NCBI GenBank assembly: GCA_013265495.1
Contig: MU058844.1
Coordinates: 13,166,184-13,230,183, forward strand
Direction of reading: 5' to 3'
DNA: 64,000 bases
From: Vicugna vicugna
Taxonomy: Eukaryota
Below the pieces are notes generated by a model. That model had not been told where the DNA came from, did no database searches, and saw nothing but the letters and a program-made list of their open reading frames with translations. Below, piece by piece: positions 49,975 through 62,640 of the stretch. A program made the translations under genes and the position numbers. The stretch's first letter is position 1; the number at the start of each line of letters is the position of its first letter.

Positions 49975-50910
49975 TGGGAATTTTACGTGTGTTATATCCA
50001 ATTTTTACACCCCCCTGTCTCCATGGTATGGATGGAAAACTGAGACTTAGATAGGTTAAGTCACTTGGTTACGAGGTTGTAAAGTCAGGATTCAAACTCG
50101 GGTCTTCCCGGATTCCAAACCCGTGCTCTTTCCAGTCCTCTGTGATGCATGTGAGGATGCAAAGCCCACCTTGCCCCTCACTCTCTGTCTTAGTCTTCTT
50201 CACTCTACAGGTATCTTTCCTGACACGGATGGCTAGCTTAGTGATGGGAATGGATATTGAAGGAAAATAATCCAGGGATGATGACTGTATCTCAGCTCAT
50301 TCAGACCAGGGAACATGGAGTCCTCATTACATGCCGGTCACTCTGCTAAGAGCATCACATCCATGATCTCATTTAATCTTCACGGCAAGCCCATGAGCTC
50401 AGCACTCTGTGTGCTGTGGGCTGGGATTCGTACAGCGCCTTCCCCGCGTAGGGCCACGTCTCCCCGGGGTGGGGTCCGCTGCACTGGCTTCCAGGCCGGA
50501 TGTAGTGGGGAAATTACACTGAGGACTCTGGTTCCTTACTAGGTTTACGGCATTCTCCGCCGGACCGCAAACAGCTGCTGTTGGCCCTTTCCTCCCCCAG
50601 AAACAAGTGAGTTATGAGTGCAGGCACAGTTCACTGCCAGTCAGAGAGACCCGTAAGCTGGGTGGGACAGCGGTTTTTGCAGGGGCCACATCCTCCCTAT
50701 TACCTCCGTCCCTGCCACAGCAGTGAGAATCTCAGCTACTATTTGTTGAGACGTTGCTAAGTGCTGGCCACTGACCTAGTCATTGGACATGCGGTTGCTC
50801 ATTTAATCTCCACAATGACTCCCCGAGGGAGGACATGAGACAGAAAAGTCAGGGCCACTCGCCCAGTGTCTCACAGGAAGCAGATGGAAGGGCTCTGACT
50901 CAAACCCGAG
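49975..50910 (-). mobile_element. Several MIR fragments (~49980-50140, ~50310-50400, ~50730-50910)
   Basis: gatggaaaactgagacttagataggttaagtcactt...ggattcaaactcgggtct; atgatctcatttaatcttcac; tgctcatttaatctccacaa. Confidence 0.65.
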
Positions 50911-53084
50911 GATGTTTGTTTTTTTGAGGCCTAATGCCTGAAAAGGAGGTCTACAGCTGATCCTCTCCACCAGACTGTAACTTCTGTGAGGAGTACTGTG
51001 TTTTCATCACCTTCGGAGCACCCATGTGGACACAGAAGGGCCTCTATAATCCTTACTCAGTAGGACCACGGAAAGGTGGTTGTTCCAGGTGACTGGCGAT
51101 GGTGCGCAACACAGTGAACATGCTGGGTGCTTTTAGCCAACTTGGGCTGAGGCCAGGGTTATTTTCCTGTTCTAGAGCTGACCTCCACGTGCTCCCTTTG
51201 GCCAGCTGGCTTCAGTCGTGAGGGGCTGTTTCCCACTCACCTTTCCCGGCAGCGTTTACTGCCGTAGCTCCCTGCTCAGATTTTTATATTTCACTGAGCC
51301 TCCCTGCTCCGACCTCTCTCATGTGAATCAGGTTTGACTTCCACCGAGGGCCTCAATTTCCAGTCACAATTCCATCCTGGCTGCTTTCTGAGCTGTGGAG
51401 ATCTGACCTGGGCGGAGGAGGCATTATATTCTCAGAGAAGGCCGGGGCTCGAAGCTGCGGATTCATTTTGGGGCCCCGCTTTCTCCCCTGGGTGCTCTTA
51501 TCAGTTGAATGCAGTTCATGAGAGAGACCCTGGGCTGGGTCTTTGGAGCTTCCTGTCGGCCGGCTGCTGCGGCGGGGCTGGCAGGTACCAGGTGTGGCCA
51601 GCAATCATACCTGCCTCAGAGGCCATTGCCTTTTGAAGTTCCGCAAGAATGTCACACTTCAAAGAACTCTCCCTGCAGCTGTCACCTGGCTATCTAGTGG
51701 GGGTCAGAGAGTTAATATGCAACCAGAAAACCCAGTCCTCCCACCTCCCACCTCCACCTGGGAAGCCAAAGCACATATTCCTCCGGTGCAGAGGATTTGA
51801 AAGCATTGTTCCCGATTTATCTCAGCATTGTTCCTGGTTTATCTCAGCAAGAGCTCAGTGCCCTGTGTCTTTAGATAAAGATCCATTGTACCCTATCTGT
51901 CCAACAATAAAATAAGTAAATGAGCTGCATTTTTCCTTTCTGAATAGGAATTATGTAGTAATGAAGTATTTGCAATTACTGTTAGCAGGAGTTTAATTAC
52001 AGGACTAATTTGTGAAAAAAAAATTTGTGAGGCTTCGTGTAAACGTGGCACCTTTTATCTGAGGATCACAATGCATTGTACACAAATTAATGAACTCTCC
52101 TGTGCTCGGCATACACTCAATTACTGTTTTAAAAGCTCCCTGAGTATGCTGCACTCTGGGGCTGGGGTTGGGAGCCAAAGTTTATTTATAAATTGCAACA
52201 AGATGGATATAGATTAGATCTAAAGATGGACTTCCTGGTTGTGATGTTGTTAATTGACAACCTGAGCTACTGTGTCAGTTTTTAAAGACTTGTGTGATGA
52301 TATCTTCCTGCCACTTTGACGGAGCACTTTTCATCGTCAAACCAAATCATGCTCCTGCAGTGGAACAAGCTGAGTCTCTGACTTAAACACAAGTGGTGAA
52401 GTCCTAAAAGAAAGAAACAGGGAATTGGAGTGTGTGACTGAGGAAAACCCAAATTCTGGGCAACTCTCCTTTTGGACTCTGAGCTCTGCAAAGAGCAGGG
52501 TGGCAAGAAGATATTGATGTCTCAGTTAACATCATAAAGAGCAAGATTTTTCAAGGAGTAGCCTTTGATGCTGTTTCTATTTTCAAGTTCAGACTTCAGC
52601 TCCCTTTTCCTCCACCGTCACCTACGCATTCCGATAAAGATTATAGTCTCCATGTCTTTAAAAAATAGGAGAGATAGATAGCTGCACATATGTGTTTAGG
52701 GTGGGGTTTTATTTCAGAGTTCTGTTTAGTGCTGACCAATTGACCAGCCACAATGTCCTAATATCCCTTCTGCGGTTAGTTTATATGGGCTTCATGTTTA
52801 TTCCACCTACTTCTCCTTGGGCAAGGAGAGAAAAAATTTTGCAGCACAACAGGTTTTTGCAAACAGTCCACGATGACTAGGATGGTGGAAACTTACTCAC
52901 CTTTTATTCTGTTTTCCCTGACCTTCTTTCTCTCCCAATGTTTCACAGCTTATTAGAACCACCAAAAGTTTCTGTAGCTTTGGTGTTAAACTTTGCAATT
53001 AGTTTTCTTCCACCCTTAGGGGTCAGTGTCCCCAGGCTCACATCCAGCTGCAGCAGAGTGAGCAGAAGACCAGGGGAGTTAAAA

Positions 53085-53300
53085 ATAAGGGTTTCTAAAA
53101 CTGGGCTGCCTAGTTCAAAATCTGGCTCTGCCAGGTACTAGCCATTGGAACTCGTGCAAGTTTCTTAATCTCTCTGCCGCAGCTTTCTCATCTGTCAAAT
53201 GGGGACAGTAATACCTGCTACCTTATTAAAAAGTCGTGAGGGTTTACATGTAAAACACTTCATAAGCACATAGTAAACACTGAAGAGTGCTCTGATAATA
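53085..53300 (+). mobile_element. MIR
   Basis: ttcaaaatctggctctgcca...caagtttcttaatctctctgccgcagctttctcatctgtcaaatggggacagtaat. Confidence 0.85.
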
Positions 53301-53574
53301 ATAACAATTGTTACTGCTTATTAATTGGACTCCCAAAAAATAAGGGTGAGTCTTCTAGGGGAGGAGTCGGGCCTTTATGTCTTCCCAGGTCCAGAACATC
53401 TTTAATTATTACAGTGTTTCTCCAGGAGTGGGTTGGACCTTATTAATGGTTTATGAAATCAACTTAACTGGGTCTCAACTAGGCTAAGAAAAAAAGAAAA
53501 ATGGCATTACACGTGGCAGTATTAAGGGTAGTATTGTTTTCCAAAACTTTTGTTTCTATTATTCATGTATATGT

Positions 53575-53605
53575 TATATATTGTGTGTGTGTGTATATAT
53601 ATGTG

Positions 53606-53665
<60 letters not shown>

Positions 53666-53670
53666 AACAC

Positions 53671-53707
<37 letters not shown>
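53575..53707. repeat. Compound (TG)n/(TA)n microsatellite, probably inside a degraded hAT-Charlie-like element (~53420-53790)
   Basis: The repeat is read directly; the host element assignment is weak (gaccttattaatggtttatgaaatcaacttaactgggtc). Confidence 0.9.
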
Positions 53708-53708
<1 letters not shown>

Positions 53709-54049
53709 TTAGATTTGCATATTAACACATTTATCTAGAGAAGTTATTCGGAATCACAATGTAAAATATCTTATTTCAACTGCAGCCAAAAACATGAAAA
53801 ATATGAGACTAAAATTAAAAATTGAAAAGCGTTGCTTGTTACAATCCTGTGACTTCTCTACATCATGGATTATATACTGAGCTCTTTCAAAAATGTATGG
53901 TTTTTAAGAATTTGATTAGGAAAGTCATAAATTCAGCCAATGAGGGAAGAAAGAAATCTTTTAAATGACTTGCAGGGCAAAGAGGACAAAAATGATTAGG
54001 TGTCAATAATATGTGAATTATAAAAGCTCATTCTTTGCAAAGTAGATAC

Positions 54050-54575
54050 ACACAAAAGATTAACATCCTCACTGTATAAAGAACATGTACAAAGCTCGTG
54101 AACAGTTAATTCATAAAATAGGTGACAAGTGAGTAGCAAACATACTTACAAAAATATCTTCAGCCTCATTTATAATAGAGGAATGTAAAGGAAAACAATG
54201 AAATTATTTTTTCACATATCAAATTAACAATTTTGTTTTGTGGTAATGCCCAATGTAGAGAAAGTTACAGGGAATGAAATACCTACATGCAAGACTAGTG
54301 AGAATAAAGGTTGGTACCGCTTCTCTGAGGGAGCTGTTGGGTAACTGGTTGCAAAAGTCATAAATATATATGTGTGTTTTGAATTGACAATTCTACTTGA
54401 AAGAATTTATCCTAAGGTTGTACTAAAGCAAGTGAGTGAACATTTAGCAGCCAGACATTCATTACAGGAATGTTAAAGTAAAAAATTGGAAGTTGTTTTT
54501 TTCAAAAATAGACATTGATAAAATAAACTTTGGTGTCCTAATACAATAGAATAAGAGGTAGTCATTAAAAATGAT
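54050..54575 (+). mobile_element. Ancient L1ME-type fragment (likely continues at ~55260-55540)
   Basis: aaggaaaacaatgaaattattttttcacatatcaaatt...aaaggttggtaccgcttctctgaggg...acaattctacttgaaagaatttatcctaagg. Confidence 0.65.
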
Positions 54576-57500
54576 GCTGTGGGTACTTCCTAGTACAATT
54601 CCCTTTTGCTTAGGCCTGGTTTCCACAAGCAAGTCCCACCTGGAAAGGAGGCTTTCTTTCTTTGGGCACCAGACTTCTCTTAGATTGTTTAAAGAGTCAG
54701 ACCTTAAGTTTGCAACTTTTCCAAAGCACAACAGATTGAAATTAGGCATTAAGTGCTAAGTTGAAGAATAAGAATGTGACTGGCTTTTAGTAACATATAA
54801 TGTGGAAGAAATTGCAGGTTACTTATACATGGGCCCAGTAGCCCACGCTTGCCATGCTATTGTCCCTAAGAACCCTGACCACACCCAGGTAAGCTTTGGC
54901 CTCCCTCCCAGGTAAAACCTGATGCAAAGGTCAAGCATTCCAGACTGTGTGTTGTTGTTACACCCACTGATGGAGTTGTGGTTCCTCCTCTGCCTGGGCC
55001 AGGTAGACTGAGTGCTATGAACCAGGGCCTGGAGGTCCTTGCGGCCATCAGGATGCTGCCCACCTGCCTCCCTGCAGGCAACTGGGAACAGTGGGAGTGG
55101 TAACACCTGCTCTCTCCTGGACTAGTGACCCAGGAGTAGGGATGGCTTTGGACTCCATTTGCTCTTCCTCTTTCTCTTCCTCACACCTACTGAGTCTAGC
55201 TCGCTGGTTAGAATTTTTAAAAATGCTTTTACTTCTGCTTTTGAATTCAAGAAATTAGCCTTTAATCAGACTGCAATATGGAAATATAGCTAACATGTGA
55301 CAAGTGAAAAAAGCAGCCATGACACCATATTAAGTACATTTTAGTGTTATTTTGGGAAAAATAGTATGTATATATGGATTCATACACATTGAGAATAGAT
55401 TGAAAAGAATAATATATACCCCATAACATTGACAGTATTTTATTTTTCTGATTGGGAGAATTCAAGTGATTTCTCCCTTCATTTTATCTCCATTTTTATA
55501 ATTTTTCTTTAATAAGCATATATTAGTTTCATAAGGAAGACAAAACTTTTTGTCATTGCTGTTGTCTTGTTTCCTGCTGCCCAGGTCCTAGAATGATATC
55601 TAGTGTGCAGTAGTCTGTCATAAATATCTGTTGGATAAATGAATGAATAAATGTTGAAGGTCACTGCTTCTGTTGGAAAGAGAAGGCAGTAAAGAATGCT
55701 TTTAATTCACTGCTCCCGTCAAATTCTTCTGATATCCTTGGCTTGTTAGGGGCACAGTTTAAAATTTTGTTAGCATATGTTAAGAAACATAGTTCATGTC
55801 TTTTTCAAAATCACCTGTGGCTTTGGGCCCCTCTGTGTGCTCTCTTTCCTCCAGTACAGATGGTTTCTTCCAGTCTGTTCATCCAAGAGGGTTGACTGCA
55901 CCCCAGCTAATCTAGTCAGCCTTCTCCTGGGGGTTAAGGGCCATGCATGTGACCAAGAACTTGGTCCTTGGTGTTCAACCCAAGTCTGGCCAGAAGAGAG
56001 AGAGAAAAACAATCTCTCCTTGTACCATAGCTACCTATGTATTCAGCGTCCTTAGATACTGAGGGGATGGGGAGTAGGGGGGGAGGTGGGACTGATCATT
56101 CATCCTCCAAGAATGCTCAATAGCCCTTCACATGCCTAGTACACTTTGGGGTGAATTTCTGTTCTTACTAATGAGCCTGTGATGGGAGTCAAGTGCAAAG
56201 GAAGACAAATTTGTTTTTATTCACGTTCTATAATTAATTCTGGTATTGTGGTTGGTTTCCAAATCTTAAGCATGGCCTGGGTTTCTCAACTATATTAAAA
56301 GTGAAGGTAGGGGCTGATGACACCATGGCTGCAGGGTTCTTGTTCCCCGTCCTTTTTCGTGGGGTAGTTCTGAAGAATAAGTTAGCTGATGTACCAGGTG
56401 CAGAGTTAGGAGTGTGGTTAGTGATCAGCAAATGGAACTTCTCCGTCCACTGTCTTCTGTCCCTTCACAGCTTCCCACACTGGAGGCTTTCCTTGGGAGG
56501 CTGGGGTAGCTAATTATTTCAAGCTCGTGTGGGAATTTAGCTCCGGAGATTGACTGGTTGATCAAAACTTGGATTATTGCACCCAAAAGGAGCATGGCTC
56601 TCTACCTCATTAAGTGTCTTCGGGGCATTTTGTCTTTCTCTCTCCTTCTGGCGACTCCTCTGTTCACAGCCCTCTCGGAGACCACCGCTGATGAATCTAA
56701 AGTTTTCACAGTACTGTGAGGTTTGTGGGAACTGAATACATTTCTTCAAGATCTAACATAAAAATAAGTCCTGGCCCCAAGCCCAAAAGAAGTCACTGGG
56801 AACCCAAGCAGAGCTGGGCAGCAAGCCCAGACGCAGGCTAATGAGACATTTACATTCCAGGCCTTTCTCTTCAGTTTGGTCTTCATGGGACTCATGGGTG
56901 AGGAAGCCCAGAGAGTGTGCCGCAGGCAGAGGCCCATGCTTCAGCTTGTGCTGTGGGTCCCTGAGGCAGGGCAGGGACATTGTTAAAGTACCAAAATCCA
57001 GCACATTCAACTAATAACAATGCCCAGCTGCCAGTGATCCCTCGTTGTTATTGATGTTGTTTAGAAATTACTTGTTTATCATTGAAACCCTCTTCTGAGC
57101 CTTTGCGTCTTTTCCCAGCGTTCGATCTGTTTACTACTAATGTCCAACCTTTCACTCTGAGGGGAGGTGGGAAGAGATGAGGGAAATGTCATCTCATGTC
57201 TTTCAATATTTGTGGGAGTACTTCGTCCATGGTTCAGTGTCTGTTGAAGTTTTAGGAGAGCGTTTTAATCTATTAGATTTAGGAATACCTAAAAGGGAGC
57301 CCCCAAAGGAATGGAGAGTGGGAAAATAAGACCCAGGAGGACGTTAAATGTATGGTGATGGTTGTGTTTGGAGATTAGTATTGGCTTTCCAGTAAAAGGA
57401 GAGCGATGCCCAAGAAAGGCTGGCTGTTAATGCATGGAGAGAACAAGAGGATGAGGACTTATGTCCACTTAAAAGAAGCAGTTTTCTCTTAGGTGAAAGT

Positions 57501-60500
57501 CATTGGGTGTTAGCATGGCAGAGTGCCGTATTTCTTCTGAAAAGAGGAAAGCAATTTGTGTAATTTGTGCCAGTGTGCAGAGGGGAGAACCAGATGTCTT
57601 TGCCAGGAAACCTTCAGGTCTTTACTAGAAAAGGGAGAGGGAAAAAGGGAGGCAAACACAGTGACTCATGAAAGGGAGAATCATTGTTTCAAACCAAGGG
57701 TGAGAAGAAACAAAGTTAAATTTCATTTCCAGAAATTTCATGTTCCCAGATTTGAGCATGACTTTTCAATAATGGCTCTTAATCACGCAGTACTAGAATC
57801 TCAATGTTATTTGTTTTAAGCACAATTTGAGAGGTGGCAAGAAAAACAGTCCCAAACTTGGAAATGAGTAGAGAACGACATGTCCCATCAATGTCACATT
57901 TGGGAAATGCTTAGAAGGCCACCAAGGATTATATAATTAGCCAAGACAAAGTACCTTTTGTTTGGCACACTGTTGGCTACCAACAAGGCCTAGACTGCAT
58001 GGGGTTAAATGCTGATTTGTAGATTTACACCTGGTAGAAAGATAACTACAAAGATTATCCAGTAGGACATTAAGCAGTTTTGTATTTAACCTAGCAATTT
58101 TGTTCAGACATTCTCTTTTACAAATTTCTATAAATACCCATACCCCCAAATGCCCTGGGAACCAGCTTTCCCATCCTGTTGGCTTCCCCATCAATGAGTT
58201 GAATATGAGTTAACATGTGTTCATTCTGGGTTTGTGAGTCATGTTTTAACTATGTAAAAATTACTCTTTGACAGTGGAATTTGATCTCTTATTGTTTACT
58301 GAGGAAGATTTCTCATAATAGTATCTATTCCGCTCTTTGATTAATGCTGAACGGAATCATGATTTTACCAACATTTATTTTGGTGGCGGCCTTACGTGTA
58401 ATCCCACCTACATTCTTCAAAAGCATTTGTAAACCACCGACAAAACTATTTCCTGATGTAAATCAGTGAGCAAAATCTGTCCTCGTTCTTAAAGGAAGTT
58501 CAAGTGAATAAGATTTCATCGCAGCAATCTAGGAATTTTGTCTAAATGCAAAAAAAAAATCAGTAAATTTGATTGTCAGTGAGCAGGTCTTGTGTATATA
58601 CGGTTTTCGCTGGCTTTGGTGTTAAAAGTTTTATATACCCATATAAATGGTTTGTGGAAAAAAAGACTGAATTGGTTTGAAAGAAATATCAGCTCTTTAA
58701 AAAAGAAAATAGCTGGAACCATAAACAGTTGAATTCCATCAGAATTGTTTGTTCACTGCCTGAATGAATTTGACCCCTTGTCCTTGAATAATAAGCCACT
58801 TGAATTTAACAACTTGTTAGTGTGATACAGTCGTGTCTTTGAAATTTAGGGGCTGCAGAATGTGCTCGCATAGTCTTAATTGCTTATAAAGAAAAACAGG
58901 AATGAGAAGCTGCCACTTTGAATGCAGCAGAGACATGCTGGGACCATAGCCATTCTGTTCATCTCTTCCATTCAGACAGGTAAGATCTCTTTATAGAAAT
59001 AAGTACCTGAGACCCAGAAAGGAATTACATTTGCCCTTGTTATAGGAACCTACCTAGAAGCTAGAAAAAGAACTCATGACAAATGAGCTTCAAATGTTTA
59101 TCTTAATGTTTCAAGATTTAAAATCAGAGCAATTTTTATAGACATAGAAATACTTATTTCTTTAGAATACTCATTCTGTAGTTAAATCCTTAAATTCTTA
59201 CTTAGAGTTTCACATAAATGGACCACCAGGAAGGTTTTTTGTTGTTGTTGTTGTTGTTTTTACTGAGGGCAATGGGTAATGATAGAGAATAAATGGGTTA
59301 TGTTTGTTTTAGAAAGCGGTATTCATCACTTTTGCTCTCCAGTCTATTTCGTATATGCGGTGTGGCCTTTACTTAAATGTGGGGTGAGCATTCTGTCCCT
59401 CCCGGTACTAGTTCTTTTAGCACCTTGTTTCCGATGGAGTATCAGCCAATATTTGACAGAAGAGGGAAAATACGTATTAGACATCTAAGAGCAAGAGGGA
59501 AATTCTGTACTCCTATGATTGACAAATTAGAAATGGTTAAAAAAATAAGGATTGAACTGAGATAAACTTTTTAAACACGATTTTACTAACCAATATGGCA
59601 GTTATTGGTATTTTCAAGACTGACATTCCTGTTAGTGTACATTTTCAGACATCTAAATGATGACAATTTAAAATGGACAGATTTACGAAACTCTTTTAAA
59701 CTGTTGTCAAAAGCTCCCTAAACATAAAGATGTTTATTATTTGTTTCCTTTTTGACAAGTAAGGAAAAACTTCTAATCTTAATAATGTATTGTCAAGTTT
59801 TAAAAGAAATGGGGTTTGAAATGATTGAAACCAGTTTCTAGAATCATTCCTGTGCCCCAGGCTATCAGTGTTTTCTTCGTCTTCAGAGTAGGGCTGCACA
59901 AAACTAATTGATAATGGTTTCTCTGCCTGCCTTTAGGGCTGCTTATCTCTACATGCAAGTTCTACTAGGTCTGCAGGGGTTATTTAACGTGAGCTTGGTT
60001 ATCTTAAACAAGCAATGTTTCCATAGTTCTCAACATAGTTCTCATCCAGCTTTGATCTATTTGGGAAAGAGAGAAATGATGGCCTGAGAGCCATGGACTC
60101 CAGGAGCTCAAGAAAGTTGGTCAGGTTTTGTTTTGTTTCTGACAAATATTATTTGAAAAAAAAATTTTTTTAACAGCAATATGTATATTCCTAGCTGAAC
60201 ATACAGAAAATAATAAGGACCCACCAGGGCTCAAAGTTAATCCACGAGGCTAGATTCTACCATCAGCCAAAGAAGTCCCTGTTTCTCTTTTGTTCAGCAA
60301 CTTTGAGAAGAAGGTTTCTGTTAACTGCAAGCAAAACCAAACTGACAAGTATTCTTAAAACCTTTCCCCCAGGTTCTTTTTTTTTTCTCTTCTAATTAAT
60401 AAAATGACACTAAATTCTAAGTAGAAAAATAATACTAAATTATTGTTCTCATTCCTTTAGACATTTTAGCAATTTGTTCATGTCATAACAGATGGCCTAT

Positions 60501-60734
60501 AACTGGTACCTTTTAAACAAAAGTCATCTAGCTCCATTTTCCTGTGGGTAGGCAGATAAATCTTCAACTTAGAACACTCTTTACTGAAGGAAAGAAAAAT
60601 TTTTTTAATAACGTTTGTACCTGGTAGAAAGGTTTGCAGTTCAGCTCTGGCCCACACAGAACTGGCCAGCAGTAAAATGGAGCCAGAGTCAGTTCCCATC
60701 TTTGCCCTGATTGGCTAGCGCTGTGGATAAACTC

Positions 60735-60960
60735 ATGGACCCTGGGGTCAGATAGCCTAAGGTCAAATCCTCACTCTGCACTTACTAGCTGTGTGACCTT
60801 GGGCAAGTTGCTTAAACTTTCTGTGCCTCAGTTAACCACCTGCAAACTAGGGATATCAGTAGAATTTACTATTGTGTGAAGTAATCGATTTAACCTGTGC
60901 AAAGAACTTAGAATTACCTGGTGCTGAGGATGCATGTAATAAATATTAGCTATTATTATT
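60735..60960 (+). mobile_element. MIR (well preserved)
   Basis: tcaaatcctcactctgcacttactagctgtgtgaccttgggcaagttgcttaaactttctgtgcctcagtt...aataaatattagctattattatt. Confidence 0.9.
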
Positions 60961-61261
60961 TTCATAATTGTTCCTTTGTTTGTACTTTAAAATGTATTTT
61001 GTGTGTGCCATAATCCCATATCTAGTCCTAATAGTACGTTCAAAAACATTAGATCAGTCAGGAGGAATTTTAAGGCTGGAGAAACATTCCCAATACTCCG
61101 AAATCTAATCACTCGAGTGCTGTTGACTTCAGGCTCACAAATTACCTGATAAGCCAAAGTGAGGGAAGATTCCTGTTTAGAGACCAAAAGCTAGGTTTTT
61201 TTCTCATAAAGCACAAGAAGGATTGATTGCTAAAATACTATAAGAGAAAAATACCCTGTTC

Positions 61262-62223
61262 CTTTTTTTAAAAAATTTTATTGAAGTATGGTTGATTTAC
61301 AATGTTGTGTTAGTTTCTGGTGTACAGCACAGTGATTCAGTTATCTCTGTATGTGTGTATGTATATACGTATATGTGTGTGTGTGTGTGTGTGTATGTGT
61401 ATATATATATATATATTCTTTTTTTGTTATAGGTAATTGCAAGCTATTGAATATAGTTCCCTGTACTATATAGTAGGAACCTGTTTATTTTATATGTAGT
61501 AGTGTATATCTACCAATCCCATACTCCTAATTTATCATTCCTCTTCCTTTACCCTTTTGTAACCATAAGTTTTCCTATCTCTGATTCTGTGTCTATTTTG
61601 TAAATAAGTTTATTTGTGTCATTTTTTAAGATTCCACATATAAATATCATATGATATTTGCCTTTCACTATCTGACATACTTCACTTAGTATGATAATCT
61701 CTAGATCATCCATGTTGCTTCAAATGGCATTATTTCATTCTTTTTATGGCTGAGTAATATTCCATTGTGTGTATATATCTATATATCTATATATCTATAT
61801 CTATCTATATCTCACAACTCCAATCATCCATCAATGGACATTTAGGTTGCTTCCATGTCTGGGTCATTGTAAATAGTGCTGTTATAAACATTGCGGTGCA
61901 TGTATCTTGTCAAATTAGTTTCCTCTGGATATATGCCCAGGAGTGGGATTGCTGGATTATATGGTAAATCTATTTTTAGTTTTAAAGGAATCTCCATATT
62001 GTTTTCCATAGTGGCTGCATCAAATTACATTCCCATCAACAGTGTAGAGGGTGCCCTTTTCTCCACACCCTTTCCAGCATTTACCATTTGTGGCCTTTTT
62101 AATGATGGCCATTCTGACCAGTGTGAGGTGATACCTCACTGTAGTTTTGATTTGCATTTCTCTAATAACTAGTGATATTGAGCACCTTTTCTTGTGCCTA
62201 TTGGCCATCTGTATGTCTTCTTT
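61262..62223 (-). mobile_element. 5'-truncated cetartiodactyl/camelid L1 (~960 bp) with ORF2 C-terminal remnant and TSD
   Basis: ORF 62020-62208(-) [38 protein letters not shown]...[14 protein letters not shown] is the L1 ORF2p cysteine-rich C-terminal region; TSD AAAAATACC(C/G)TGTTC at 61247-61261 and 62224-62238; TT|AAGA nick context on the minus strand. Confidence 0.95.
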
Positions 62224-62349
62224 AAAAATACCGTGTTCTTAAATGACATGGGATTTTTTTCTTTTATAGGATGGATCTAAGGCATTCCAAGTTCTCTGTA
62301 TACCCAGTGAAAGCTTCCTCTTTCTCCTACATATTTCCTTCCCTGAAAT

Positions 62350-62640
62350 CCTTTCTTTATTCCTATTCATCCTTTAGGTTGCAGCTTAGATATTATGTCT
62401 TCTGAGAGTACCCCTTTCCCTCTTTGAGCTCCCATAGGAACCTCTTCTCCCACCCCACAATTATATTAATTATAGCACTTAGCATGCTGCATTGGAACCA
62501 ACAGTCAACTTGTCAGTCTCTCCCATTGAACCATAGATCCATGAGAACAGAGAAATTACCGATTTTGCTTATTATTGTAACCTTGGCATGCAGTACAGTG
62601 CTTAATGCATAGTAGATGCTCAATAAAATTTTATTGTATT
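62350..62640 (+). mobile_element. L2 3' fragment
   Basis: tcagtctctcccattgaaccatagatccatgagaacagaga...gtacagtgcttaatgcatagtagatgctcaataaaa. Confidence 0.8.

Noticed and set aside
56063..56090. Intergenic G4-capable tract
   Set aside because: No transcript or promoter context, and such tracts are common in mammalian DNA
36140..59765. Isolated splice-like signals (acceptor ~36150-36167, ~50190-50210; donor-like ~58979, ~59759) suggesting a lncRNA
   Set aside because: They cannot be paired into exons from sequence alone and such motifs are frequent by chance; RNA-seq is needed
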